A stretch of DNA of 64,000 nucleotides from a virus. The DNA lies in the IMG/VR virus record IMGVR_UViG_3300042309_001504, positions 58,443 through 122,442 of that record. The stretch is one strand, 5' to 3'. Both the position numbers and the translations under genes were made by a program. Below, piece after piece: positions 29,745-39,220 of the stretch (the first letter of the stretch is position 1; every line of letters begins with the position of its first letter). A model generated the notes under the pieces. It saw only the letters and a list, made by a program, of their open reading frames with translations. It had not been told where the DNA came from and made no database searches.

Positions 29745-30303
29745 TATATGTGGATAATATTTTAGGAATATATATAGGATTACTACTTAATGCATAACAG
29801 TTGGTAGCAAAATATCCATCAGCATTATATTTGTCTATATCAAATTTTATATTTTTACAAATATTTTGTTTAACTATAAAGTTATGACTATCTATATAGT
29901 TAACTTGAATATTAGATCCAACCAATCGTAATGTATTATCTTTATTTGCTTGGTCAAATGATATAAAATCATGTTCTGATGACAGCAGTATATCTGCTAT
30001 ATTTTCCCATAAATTTGGATGTATGATAGTATCATCATCGTTGAAATATATATATCCAGTATCTATAATATCAAGTGCAAAATTTCTTTGTGCATGGCCT
30101 ACTACGCTACCATTTTGGGTATATGCATATGTTTTACATTTTTTAGGAATACAATAATCTGTAGGAATTTTTTCTCTATCAAAAACTACAATCCATTCAT
30201 AATATTTGTCTGGAATATTTATTGATTGTTCAATTAATTTTAGATTTTGTGGCCTATTACAAGGAGTAATAATATTTAATAATGTCATTGTACTATTAAC
30301 CAA
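29731..30303 (-). CDS. GT2-like glycosyltransferase
   Basis: IITPCNRP, GHAQRN, YFNDDD, ADG. Confidence 0.8.
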   Translation of the reverse strand: MVNSTMTLLNIITPCNRPQNLKLIEQSINIPDKYYEWIVVFDREKIPTDYCIPKKCKTYAYTQNGSVVGHAQRNFALDIIDTGYIYFNDDDTIIHPNLWENIADILLSSEHDFISFDQANKDNTLRLVGSNIQVNYIDSHNFIVKQNICKNIKFDIDKYNADGYFATNCYALSSNPIYIPKILSTYNALR

Positions 30304-30836
30304 CTAGAGTCAGTAAAAACCTTATCTGGCTTTTTATATTCATCGACAGCTTTTATCACATCCGGATGATGGTTATCATAATCATGTCCACATAAAAAAT
30401 AATTATTATTTAATAATTGCTTATAATTATTTATATCCTTTTTAACCTGTTCATATGTATGAAGACCGTCTATATAAACCATTAATATTGGAGGTGCATT
30501 TAACATTAAATTATATATTTTATCAATAGCATTATCAGACGTATCTCTAATATGTATTATATTATTAAAAGATTGTATATTTTCTATAAATTTAGTATAT
30601 ACATAATCTAAAGAAGCAAAACCACAAGTAGGATCTTTTGGATCATAGTCATTTATAAATGGATCTATAGAGAATACTGTGTGAAAATATTGTGCAAAGA
30701 ATGTGGTAGATTGGCCTGTGTATGATCCTATCTCTATCATAGAAAAATTATTTAAGTCGAAATTTTTAGATATATAATCTATTAAATCTGATAGACCATT
30801 ATAATTTGGTCTCATATCGTATAAATTTTTATTCAT
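30285..30836 (-). CDS. Class I SAM methyltransferase (Methyltransf_24-like)
   Basis: IEIGSYTGQS, YIDGLHTYEQV, GHDY. Confidence 0.85.
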   Translation of the reverse strand: MNKNLYDMRPNYNGLSDLIDYISKNFDLNNFSMIEIGSYTGQSTTFFAQYFHTVFSIDPFINDYDPKDPTCGFASLDYVYTKFIENIQSFNNIIHIRDTSDNAIDKIYNLMLNAPPILMVYIDGLHTYEQVKKDINNYKQLLNNNYFLCGHDYDNHHPDVIKAVDEYKKPDKVFTDSSWLIVQ

Positions 30837-31380
30837 ATTTTTGAAAAATTCCTATACTATCTTGCCAATTATCATCGGGCGGATAATAAGATTTATCTAT
30901 ATAGCTTTCTATAAGATTAATTTTATATCCATTAATGTTTGCCCAATTACATAAAGATCTCCATGAATCTGGATAAAATCTCCAACTATCACTAGGACAC
31001 TTTTGTGGATGATAAGGACCAGAACTTGGGGCACATATATAGATATATCCTTGAGGTTTAATTACTCTACAAATTTCTAAAAAGGTTACCCAAAAAAACT
31101 CATCGTGTTCAAAACAAGAGGATGATACAACCACATCGAAAGAATTATTGTCAACTGGTATTTTATGAGATGTTCCAACAATATCAACATTTGGTCCATG
31201 CTGAACGTCCAATCCTATGTAATTATGATAAGCAAATATAGATTTAAGAGATCCATTTCCTCCGTCCCAAGATCCTATATCTAATATTTTTTTTATAACA
31301 TCAGATTTACAATATTTATCATAAAATAACTTAGCGTTGATATATGCAGATTTATGCATGATTATCTGATTCCCAATCAT
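30829..31380 (-). CDS. Class I SAM methyltransferase (Methyltransf_11-like)
   Basis: ILDIGS, GPNVD, FDVVVSSSCFEHD, DSWRFYPD. Confidence 0.85.
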   Translation of the reverse strand: MIGNQIIMHKSAYINAKLFYDKYCKSDVIKKILDIGSWDGGNGSLKSIFAYHNYIGLDVQHGPNVDIVGTSHKIPVDNNSFDVVVSSSCFEHDEFFWVTFLEICRVIKPQGYIYICAPSSGPYHPQKCPSDSWRFYPDSWRSLCNWANINGYKINLIESYIDKSYYPPDDNWQDSIGIFQKYE

Positions 31381-31546
31381 CCCACAATTCTTCTTCTCTC
31401 ATTCTACTCTTTTTTTGTTTAAACTCTTTAGAATAAAATTTTCTAGCTTCAATATTATCATCAACATCTTTTCTATCTCTGGATTTATTTTGCAAATTTT
31501 TGCGTCTCAAATTCTTTTTATCATTATCAGGTGCAAAGTCCGACAT
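31352..31546 (-). CDS. Small charged protein
   Basis: Start moved to MSDFAP (AGGAG RBS, promoter at 31575-31602). Confidence 0.6.
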   Translation of the reverse strand: MSDFAPDNDKKNLRRKNLQNKSRDRKDVDDNIEARKFYSKEFKQKKSRMREEELWDDWESDNHA

Positions 31547-31574
31547 ATTTTCTCCTATTAGGCTGGTTTCATTT

Positions 31575-31602
31575 ATGATAACATCTGATACAAAATGGTC
31601 AA
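31575..31602 (-). promoter_or_regulatory. Sigma70-type promoter
   Basis: TTGACC-ATTTTGTATCAGATGT(16)-TATCAT. Confidence 0.55.
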
Positions 31603-31680
31603 GATGACATATAAAAATTTTTAAACTTGACAAATGTCATAATTAAGATTATGTATTATGCATGGGGTATGTTAATATTT

Positions 31681-32685
31681 TTAAAGCACTAAAGCTGCTA
31701 TTAAGCATCCTTTGGATACAGCGTGTAAAGGATCATCTGATTGCTTTACTTCTTTTACTGACAATGGAAATCCATTCTCTACTAGTTTTTTAGCAAATAC
31801 TTCTTTGAATCCTTTTGCTTGCGAGGTTCCACCCGCTATGACTATTGTTAGTGGTGTTTTAAATTTAGGTAAACTTTTACTTTCTTTTAAAGCTACTGTT
31901 AATTGTTTTGTAGTATAATCTATTAGTCTTTCATAATAGGAAGATACTGCTGCTAAAATTGGATTATCATTATTTTTTCCAACAGTAAAATCACCATTTT
32001 CTTTTTCTGTTTGAACTACACCATCTGTTTCATTAACAGCAATAGCAGACATATGATCTATCCAATCTCCAGACTTGGTGGTTGAAAATGTTAAAACGGG
32101 TTCTCCATTCAACATAATACAAACATTTACCATTCCAGCACCCCAAGATAAACCAATGCCCGTATAATTATCATTTTCTAATTCTGCATAACATAATGCT
32201 TGGGCTTCATTAATAGATCTTGGATTATAACCACAATCTTTTAAAACTGTTTTTATAACATCCTCATGATAACTAACATCAAAATCTTCATCTTCTTGAT
32301 CTATAGGTTGAGATGGAACACAAAAAACTATTTTTTCATTTTCTGCTTCTGGTTTTCCAACAACCTCTTTTAATATAAACGATAATATTCTTTTTGAATC
32401 TTTTTCTTTTGGAGATACTATACCTCTATACATTGGTCTTTTGGCGCTTTCATTTTTTTCTAATGCTTTATCAATAGCATCTTGTCCTAAAACAATAAAA
32501 GATCCATCTTTATCTTTAACAAAAATTTTACCAGATAATCCTTTTTCTATCATCTTATTGGCAATAATATTTGTTGGCTCAATAATATAAAAAGCGTCTC
32601 TAAAATCTTTATAAGCTATAGAATCATGAGCTACTTTTTTTGATAAGACTATAAAACTTGTACCAACATCTAAACCTTTAGCCAT
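31681..32685 (-). CDS. Actin-superfamily ATPase (volactin-like)
   Basis: Phosphate-1 GLDVGT, connect INEAQA, phosphate-2 SWGAG, adenosine IAGGTS, C-terminal AVSKG. Confidence 0.85.
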   Translation of the reverse strand: MAKGLDVGTSFIVLSKKVAHDSIAYKDFRDAFYIIEPTNIIANKMIEKGLSGKIFVKDKDGSFIVLGQDAIDKALEKNESAKRPMYRGIVSPKEKDSKRILSFILKEVVGKPEAENEKIVFCVPSQPIDQEDEDFDVSYHEDVIKTVLKDCGYNPRSINEAQALCYAELENDNYTGIGLSWGAGMVNVCIMLNGEPVLTFSTTKSGDWIDHMSAIAVNETDGVVQTEKENGDFTVGKNNDNPILAAVSSYYERLIDYTTKQLTVALKESKSLPKFKTPLTIVIAGGTSQAKGFKEVFAKKLVENGFPLSVKEVKQSDDPLHAVSKGCLIAALVL

Positions 32686-32686
32686 T

Positions 32687-33034
32687 TTATTTTCCTTTAA
32701 TTAAAGAGGATAACTTATCTACTGATTGATCAATATTATCATTAATCTCGATACTATTTGCTATATTGTCGTATTTTTTCTCCATATCCGAAGTATCAAT
32801 ATTTGCAATAAATTTACTATCATCAATAGTAACCTTTTGCATTTTTTCAATAATATTCTGATGATTTTTTATATTTTTTGAACCAACAGAATCATTAGAT
32901 AACAATATATTATTATATTTTACACCACTTTTTTTGCCTATTATCCAACCCAATAAAAATATGCTAATGTAGCACGTTAGTAATAAAAAAGATAATAGGA
33001 CATCTGGATCGATATATGTTGATATGTTCGGCAT
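32687..33034 (-). CDS. Membrane-anchored protein upstream of the actin gene
   Basis: TM VLLSFLLLTCYISIFLLGWII followed by KK; stop is 1 nt from the actin ATG. Confidence 0.7.
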   Translation of the reverse strand: MPNISTYIDPDVLLSFLLLTCYISIFLLGWIIGKKSGVKYNNILLSNDSVGSKNIKNHQNIIEKMQKVTIDDSKFIANIDTSDMEKKYDNIANSIEINDNIDQSVDKLSSLIKGK

Positions 33035-33075
33035 GTTTTTTACTATAATCTGTAGTAATCAAATAGGAATAACTT

Positions 33076-33417
33076 ATGAAATACGGTAAAGTATGGGGTA
33101 TCACCCAACAATTATTTAATAAGAATAATGTTGCTATACACAGAATAACTATTAATAAAGGATCATCTTGTTCAGAACATTATCATGATTATAAATATAA
33201 TATGTTCTATATTGAAAAAGGCAAATTACTTATTAAGCATTGGCAAACTGACTATGATCTTGTTGATGAAACCATTTTGGAAGATGGAGAAAGTTCCACT
33301 ATTCCTCCAAAACATTTTCATCAATTTATTGCTCTTGAAGACACTATAGCATACGAAATATATTATGTTGAATTATCGGATAATGATATTAATAGAAAAA
33401 CATGTGGTAAAAAATGA
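33076..33417 (+). CDS. Cupin domain protein (sugar isomerase-like)
   Basis: KVWG, CSEHYHDYKYNMF, IPPKHFHQF. Confidence 0.85.
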   Translation: MKYGKVWGITQQLFNKNNVAIHRITINKGSSCSEHYHDYKYNMFYIEKGKLLIKHWQTDYDLVDETILEDGESSTIPPKHFHQFIALEDTIAYEIYYVELSDNDINRKTCGKK

Positions 33418-34514
33418 GATACGTATTAATTGCTAATAATAAAAAATTAAATAGCGAATTTATCAATAAAATTCAACTAGATGCTAAAAATGATATATTA
33501 ATATTTTTTAATTATATGTGGCCATATTTTACTTTTGAAAAATTAAGAAATCATCCTAGAAAATTTTATATAGGAAGACAAAGACCAGTAAAAGAAGAAA
33601 CAAAACATATTCCATATGCTGGAATAGATTTGGTGAAAGAACACGAAAATGAATTTGAGAAAATTTTTTTTCATACTTGTCCGGATCATATGAAAAAATC
33701 AGAAAATTATGATATGCTAAAAAATGCTGTAGATAGTTTTAATTTTGATCCTAATAAATTAGATTGTTTAGAACCTATCTCTAATGGTATTAGAAAAGAT
33801 ATAGGATATCCAAAAGGTAAAAATATGAGTTCTGGTATTATAGCATATGAATATGTAAAGAGAATAAAAGAACCACATGATGATATTTTATTAGTTGGTT
33901 TTACATCGGAATTAGCAAAAAAATTTCATAATGATGATTGGGAATCTAATTATTTTAGATCTCAAATAAAAAGAAACATTTGTAAAAGTATAGGATGTTA
34001 TGATACTGAACAAAAAAAATATATGTATATATATGATAAATTAAAATGGGGATCCTATCTAAAAGGAAATCATGGAGATAAGGCAATAGATATTGTTAAA
34101 TCTTTTAATCCTAAATCTATTATTGATATTGGTTGTGGACCAAATTTATTTTGTAAACAAACTATAGGCGACTACTGTGAATGTGTTGGGGTTGATTTTG
34201 CTGGTAATTTTTTTGATTTATATAGTGATATTTGTGTTGGTCTTGATACTATTAGTGATAAACAATTTGATCTAGTAACAGCATTTGATGTTATGGAACA
34301 TCTACTACCATCGTGCATACATCATGCTTTAAGAGAAATGAAAAGAATATCTAATAGTTTTATTTTTAAAATAGACTATCATCAAAGTATAAAAATCGTT
34401 ATGGGTTCTACATTACATCCAACAGTTAAACCTAAAAAATGGTGGAAAGAAGAAATATCAGAATATTGTTCTAGTATTGATGAATCCAAAGGCTATCTGT
34501 ATGGCAAATGGTAG
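33414..34514 (+). CDS. Two-domain protein: GT29/sialyltransferase-like N-terminus plus class I SAM methyltransferase
   Basis: N: MSSGIIAY, LVGFT, HNDDWE; C: IIDIGCG, FDLVTAFDVMEHL. Confidence 0.65.
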   Translation: MRYVLIANNKKLNSEFINKIQLDAKNDILIFFNYMWPYFTFEKLRNHPRKFYIGRQRPVKEETKHIPYAGIDLVKEHENEFEKIFFHTCPDHMKKSENYDMLKNAVDSFNFDPNKLDCLEPISNGIRKDIGYPKGKNMSSGIIAYEYVKRIKEPHDDILLVGFTSELAKKFHNDDWESNYFRSQIKRNICKSIGCYDTEQKKYMYIYDKLKWGSYLKGNHGDKAIDIVKSFNPKSIIDIGCGPNLFCKQTIGDYCECVGVDFAGNFFDLYSDICVGLDTISDKQFDLVTAFDVMEHLLPSCIHHALREMKRISNSFIFKIDYHQSIKIVMGSTLHPTVKPKKWWKEEISEYCSSIDESKGYLYGKW

Positions 34515-35508
34515 AAAAAAAACGGCCGTTTTATCAAGATACAAAGAAAAAAACAAAAGTTGGCATCATCTTTTACAACAATATGGTTATGAAACCATTG
34601 TTTTTAATAAATTTGATGGCGATAATTTATTGCCTAATGTTGGAAGAGAAGGCCATACATATTTATATTATATAGTAAACAATTATCATCATCTTCCTCA
34701 TGAAATACTATTTACTCAATATGATCCAAGAGATCACTTTAAAAATAACACTGTAACTAATAATGTTAAATATAATGTTAATATACAAGAATTTTTAAAT
34801 CAATTTTTATATAATTTTATATCTATAAGACCAATCGATTTTGATTCGATTGTAAGAGATAGAAATATCGATTGGATTCAATATTGTAAAACAATTTTTG
34901 AGTTATTTGATGATAAACAAATTAATCGTTTGTTATGTTGTGGGGCAAATCTCAATGGAGTATTTCGTGTTAGTAGAAGAGCAATTTTAAATAGACCACT
35001 ATCTTTTTATACTAGATGTTTAGAATTATTAAGCAACGAAGTTGATCCCGAGGCCGGATATTTTTTTGAAAGAATATGGAAGTTTATTTTTACATCCTAT
35101 GGTTGCAATAATAATAAATATATTTATTTTAATAATGAATATTTTTTATTTGGCACTGACTATGGATTAGATAATCATTGGCATCCAAATTCAAATCCAA
35201 TATCTAGTAATTTTTCTGGCAATATTATTTCTGATAGAAAATGGAAAGACAATGCATATGGACATATCTTTTTACATGAATCTGGACTAATCATGTCTAA
35301 TTATTTAAGCACCAATTTATATAGTAGCCCTCATGAGGCATATTGGAGTATAGATGATGATGATCGTCTTAGATTTTATAATTTATATGGTGGCATAACA
35401 TCTATTTTTGATTTAAAGGATATATCTTGGCCTTTGAAAGGTAATATGTATCAAGGAACTAAAAAAATAATAAATTTTCACTGGCTTAAAAAGAAAATGT
35501 TCATGTAA
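34501..35508 (+). CDS. DUF3431-family protein
   Basis: SRYKE, LPNVGREGHTYLYYIVNNY, FTQYDPRDH, FFERIW. Confidence 0.8.
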   Translation: MANGRKKTAVLSRYKEKNKSWHHLLQQYGYETIVFNKFDGDNLLPNVGREGHTYLYYIVNNYHHLPHEILFTQYDPRDHFKNNTVTNNVKYNVNIQEFLNQFLYNFISIRPIDFDSIVRDRNIDWIQYCKTIFELFDDKQINRLLCCGANLNGVFRVSRRAILNRPLSFYTRCLELLSNEVDPEAGYFFERIWKFIFTSYGCNNNKYIYFNNEYFLFGTDYGLDNHWHPNSNPISSNFSGNIISDRKWKDNAYGHIFLHESGLIMSNYLSTNLYSSPHEAYWSIDDDDRLRFYNLYGGITSIFDLKDISWPLKGNMYQGTKKIINFHWLKKKMFM

Positions 35509-36592
35509 ATATTTTTTCAATTTTATTTAGTGCGGAACCTATTACTTGATGCATATCATAATACCTATATTCTGCTAATCTACCACCAAAAATATATTTA
35601 GTATTTTGACTACTTAATTTATAATATTTATCGTATATTACATTATTTTGTTGAGTATTAATTGGATAGTATGGAATTTTGTTATGATTCCATTCATCTG
35701 GATATTCTTTTGTTATTATCGTTTGATCCTGATTACCAAATTCAAAATGTTTATGTTCTATGATTCTAGTATATGGAATATTAATATCGGTATAATTAAT
35801 AAGAGCATTACCTTGATAATCTTTAATATCTAGTACTTCATGTTCAAATTTTAATGTTCTATAGTTAAGAATACCATGATAGTAATCATAAAACTCGTCT
35901 ATTTTACCAGTATAAACTATATATTTTGCTTTATTGTCCCAATAATCCCTATTATCGAAATAATCCACACCAAGTTCAATATCTGCTCCGTTTAACATAT
36001 TTTGAATCATGATTGTATAACCATTAACTGGTATTCCTTGATATTTATCATTAAAATAATTATCATCAAATGTTAATCTTATAGGTAGTCTTTTAATAAT
36101 ATCAGAAGGTAATTCTTTTGGATGTAATTTCCATTGTTTAGTCGTATATCCTTTAATAAAAATGTTATATATTTCTTCACCAACTTGAGATAGTATCCAT
36201 TCTTCTAAATTTTTTGGATTATCATTTACAATTCTTTTGTGTTTTAATATATCTTCTGCCTCTATAGGATCTTTAACTCCCCACAATTGATATAATGTAA
36301 ATAAATTAATAGGAAAAGAAAATAATTTATTTTTATAATTAACTTTTGGTCTATTCACATAATGATTAAATTCTGTAAATTGATTGACATAATCCCAGAT
36401 TTTTTTACTATTAGTATGAAATATATGTGGTCCATAAACATGAATATTGATATCATTTCTTTTTTCAGTATAGCAGTTACCACCGATATGATTTCTTTTA
36501 TCAATAATCAATACTTTTTTATTTCTTTTTATACATTCATGTGCAAATACAGAACTATATATTCCACAACCAACCATTAAATAATCATACAT
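35501..36592 (-). CDS. glf: UDP-galactopyranose mutase
   Basis: HIGGNCY, YGPHIFHT, YTTKQW, YQGIP, TRIIEHKHF, GRLAEYRYYDMHQV. Confidence 0.97.
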   Translation of the reverse strand: MYDYLMVGCGIYSSVFAHECIKRNKKVLIIDKRNHIGGNCYTEKRNDINIHVYGPHIFHTNSKKIWDYVNQFTEFNHYVNRPKVNYKNKLFSFPINLFTLYQLWGVKDPIEAEDILKHKRIVNDNPKNLEEWILSQVGEEIYNIFIKGYTTKQWKLHPKELPSDIIKRLPIRLTFDDNYFNDKYQGIPVNGYTIMIQNMLNGADIELGVDYFDNRDYWDNKAKYIVYTGKIDEFYDYYHGILNYRTLKFEHEVLDIKDYQGNALINYTDINIPYTRIIEHKHFEFGNQDQTIITKEYPDEWNHNKIPYYPINTQQNNVIYDKYYKLSSQNTKYIFGGRLAEYRYYDMHQVIGSALNKIEKIFT

Positions 36593-36603
36593 TTTAATAT
36601 CCT

Positions 36604-37548
36604 ATGACAAAAGTTGCTATATTATCACGCTATAAAGAGACAGATACCACATGGTATAATATACTAAAAAATGAGTATGACAATGTTATTATTTTTAATA
36701 AATTTAATGGAAAAAATTTACTACCAAATGTTGGACGAGAAGGACACACATATTTATATTATATAGTAAATAATTATGATAATTTGCCTGATGAAATGTT
36801 ATTTAGCCAATACGATCCTACAGATCATTTTCATCGAAAAAATATTCATGAATATAGAGATATAAATCATATGAATTTTTTCTTAAAAAGTTCAATTTTA
36901 GATTTTATTTGTATTAATGCAAAAGATTATGATGTTTTTGTAAGAAAACGACCTGTAGATTGGATTAAATATTATAACTTATTATACAATAATAATATAG
37001 ACTTTAATCATGTGGTTTCAATTGGTGCTTGTTTGAATGGAGTATTTAGAGTAACAAAACAATCTGTACTTAGACATAGTAAAGATTTCTATGATAGAGC
37101 ATTGTCTATGCTATCGAAAGATAGACATCCAACAGAAGGATATTTTTTTGAAAGAGCATGGAAATATATTTTTACTAATTATGGTAATTGTCCAGAAAAA
37201 TATTCTTATTTATTAGATAGTGTGTGGTTATTTGGAAATGATATTATACAGAGTGTTCATAAAACAAGAAGAGATGAAGCTTATGGTCATTTAAAATTAT
37301 ATAGTGATGGTTTAATTGGTGGAAAAAACTTTAGTAGTTTATATGGAAATAGTAATGAACATTACTGGACAGTATATGAGGATAAATTCTATATTTTATC
37401 TGCTGAATCAGCCATAACATCTTGTTTTGTATTACCAGAGAATATAGATAATGTATCGCAGATTTTAGGAGACTATTACAGTCAGGATGGTATCTTAAAT
37501 AATTTTTTCTTTTTAAGAAAACCCATGTGGTCATACTATTTTAAATAG
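36604..37548 (+). CDS. DUF3431-family protein (paralog of 34501..35508)
   Basis: SRYKE, LPNVGREGHTYLYYIVNNY, FFERAW. Confidence 0.8.
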   Translation: MTKVAILSRYKETDTTWYNILKNEYDNVIIFNKFNGKNLLPNVGREGHTYLYYIVNNYDNLPDEMLFSQYDPTDHFHRKNIHEYRDINHMNFFLKSSILDFICINAKDYDVFVRKRPVDWIKYYNLLYNNNIDFNHVVSIGACLNGVFRVTKQSVLRHSKDFYDRALSMLSKDRHPTEGYFFERAWKYIFTNYGNCPEKYSYLLDSVWLFGNDIIQSVHKTRRDEAYGHLKLYSDGLIGGKNFSSLYGNSNEHYWTVYEDKFYILSAESAITSCFVLPENIDNVSQILGDYYSQDGILNNFFFLRKPMWSYYFK

Positions 37549-38279
37549 TCATCAATCCATTCAACATGATCACTTATTCTAGTATGAAAACTTTCTGTTT
37601 CATACTCATGAGTATTTTTATCATTTCTTGATACAAAAGAATGTATTCCTGCTAATTCATTACCAATAAATAATCCGCCTCCACTGTCACCATGAAATAT
37701 TAAAAACTCTAATTGTGTTTTATCCGATTTAAGAGATGGACTACAGACTAGAGTATTATTTTCTACTTTATCTATTTTATTTGATCCGGCTCTTCTTTTT
37801 CCGTCTGAAAATGTTTTACCAGATAAAAAATTACCTGTAGCACCATAACCGGCTAAAGAACATATTTTTCCAGATTCGTTTTTTTCTGTATACAAAGATG
37901 GATACCATTTTAATCCTATTGATTCATTTATATTTATTATAGCTATATCATTAAAGCCCTGTTTAGATATATCAAAATCTTTATGAGGAATAAAACTATC
38001 TATCAATATAATTTTATTATTTATACTAACTATATATTTATCATTTTTATCAATAAATACATGAGCAGCAGTCAGCAATACCCTATCACTAATTGCAACA
38101 CATGATCCAAAATATTTTTCCTTATTAGTTTGTGGATCTAAACAGATTATTTTACCCACATATACAAAATTCTCTGCATACGATATATGTTGTTTATCAG
38201 AGTTTGATGGATCTATTAAGCCACTATATGATATTGAAGATAATAAAGATAAAATTATTACTATTAGTAAGTTTTTCAT
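37536..38279 (-). CDS. Secreted trypsin-like serine protease
   Basis: Signal peptide; LTAAH, DIA, GDSGGG catalytic triad. Confidence 0.92.
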   Translation of the reverse strand: MKNLLIVIILSLLSSISYSGLIDPSNSDKQHISYAENFVYVGKIICLDPQTNKEKYFGSCVAISDRVLLTAAHVFIDKNDKYIVSINNKIILIDSFIPHKDFDISKQGFNDIAIININESIGLKWYPSLYTEKNESGKICSLAGYGATGNFLSGKTFSDGKRRAGSNKIDKVENNTLVCSPSLKSDKTQLEFLIFHGDSGGGLFIGNELAGIHSFVSRNDKNTHEYETESFHTRISDHVEWIDDYLK

Positions 38280-38303
38280 ATACTACTCCTATCGGGTATA
38301 GTA

Positions 38304-38309
38304 ATACAC
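38304..38309 (-). promoter_or_regulatory. GTGTAT putative late-promoter motif
   Basis: About 25 nt upstream of the protease ATG, with AGGAG RBS between. Confidence 0.5.
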
Positions 38310-38326
38310 GATAGTAAATAGTATAA

Positions 38327-39220
38327 TTATATTTTACCAATTATTCTACCCTTTTGTGTTCTAATAGCATAGCCCATTCTGATCAAATATGGTTCGATAC
38401 TATTTTCTATAGTCTCAATAGCAATACCAGTTAAAGATGAAATGCTTTTTAATCCAACCGGATTTCCCTTTTGCTTTGACAAAATATCTAGATACATACG
38501 ATCATAGATATCTAATCCCATATTATCTATTCCTTGCACATTAAAAATCTCATCAACACTAAGATTTTTTTCTGGATTACAAATCTTATAATTTTTATAC
38601 CATTGAAGTCTACCATTTAGAATTCTAGGAGTACCTTTGCTGCGTTTAGCAATTTCTAGTAGATCCTCATCAGAAATAACAATATTCAACTTATCAGCAT
38701 TCGATCTTGCTAGTTTAGCTAAATCATTTGTAGTATAAAATGTAAGATGTTCTTTAATAATAAATCGATCATAAAATGGCTGACTTAAACTGCCTCCACT
38801 AGTTGTAGCACCAATCAGTGTGAATGATGGAAGATCAATAGTTTCTGGCGTTCCATTAACTGTTAAAGATAAACAAAAATCCTCCATGACAGGATATAAA
38901 AATTCTTCTACCAATTTTGGCAATCTATGAATCTCATCAATAAATAAAACAGACCTTGGTGCCATACCCATGATATATGGCATAATATTTTTAACACTTC
39001 TGATGTTAGCCGCATTGACGGTATATAGATTAACATTCAATTCGTTGGCTATTGCACTCGCTATGGTGGTTTTACCTAGCCCCGGAGGACCATCTATTAA
39101 AGTATGTGGCATCACAGTCGATGAACTTAAACAGCCAACCACAGATACCTTTAAACGATCAATCGGGCCACTCTGACCAATAATCTCATCAAATCTAGTA
39201 GGACGAATTCCTTTAGACAT
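38327..39220 (-). CDS. ruvB: Holliday junction branch-migration ATPase RuvB
   Basis: IRPTRFDEIIGQ, GPPGLGKTT, LFIDEIHRL, GATT, DRF, GTPRI, EPYLI...RTQKGR. Confidence 0.93.
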   Translation of the reverse strand: MSKGIRPTRFDEIIGQSGPIDRLKVSVVGCLSSSTVMPHTLIDGPPGLGKTTIASAIANELNVNLYTVNAANIRSVKNIMPYIMGMAPRSVLFIDEIHRLPKLVEEFLYPVMEDFCLSLTVNGTPETIDLPSFTLIGATTSGGSLSQPFYDRFIIKEHLTFYTTNDLAKLARSNADKLNIVISDEDLLEIAKRSKGTPRILNGRLQWYKNYKICNPEKNLSVDEIFNVQGIDNMGLDIYDRMYLDILSKQKGNPVGLKSISSLTGIAIETIENSIEPYLIRMGYAIRTQKGRIIGKI

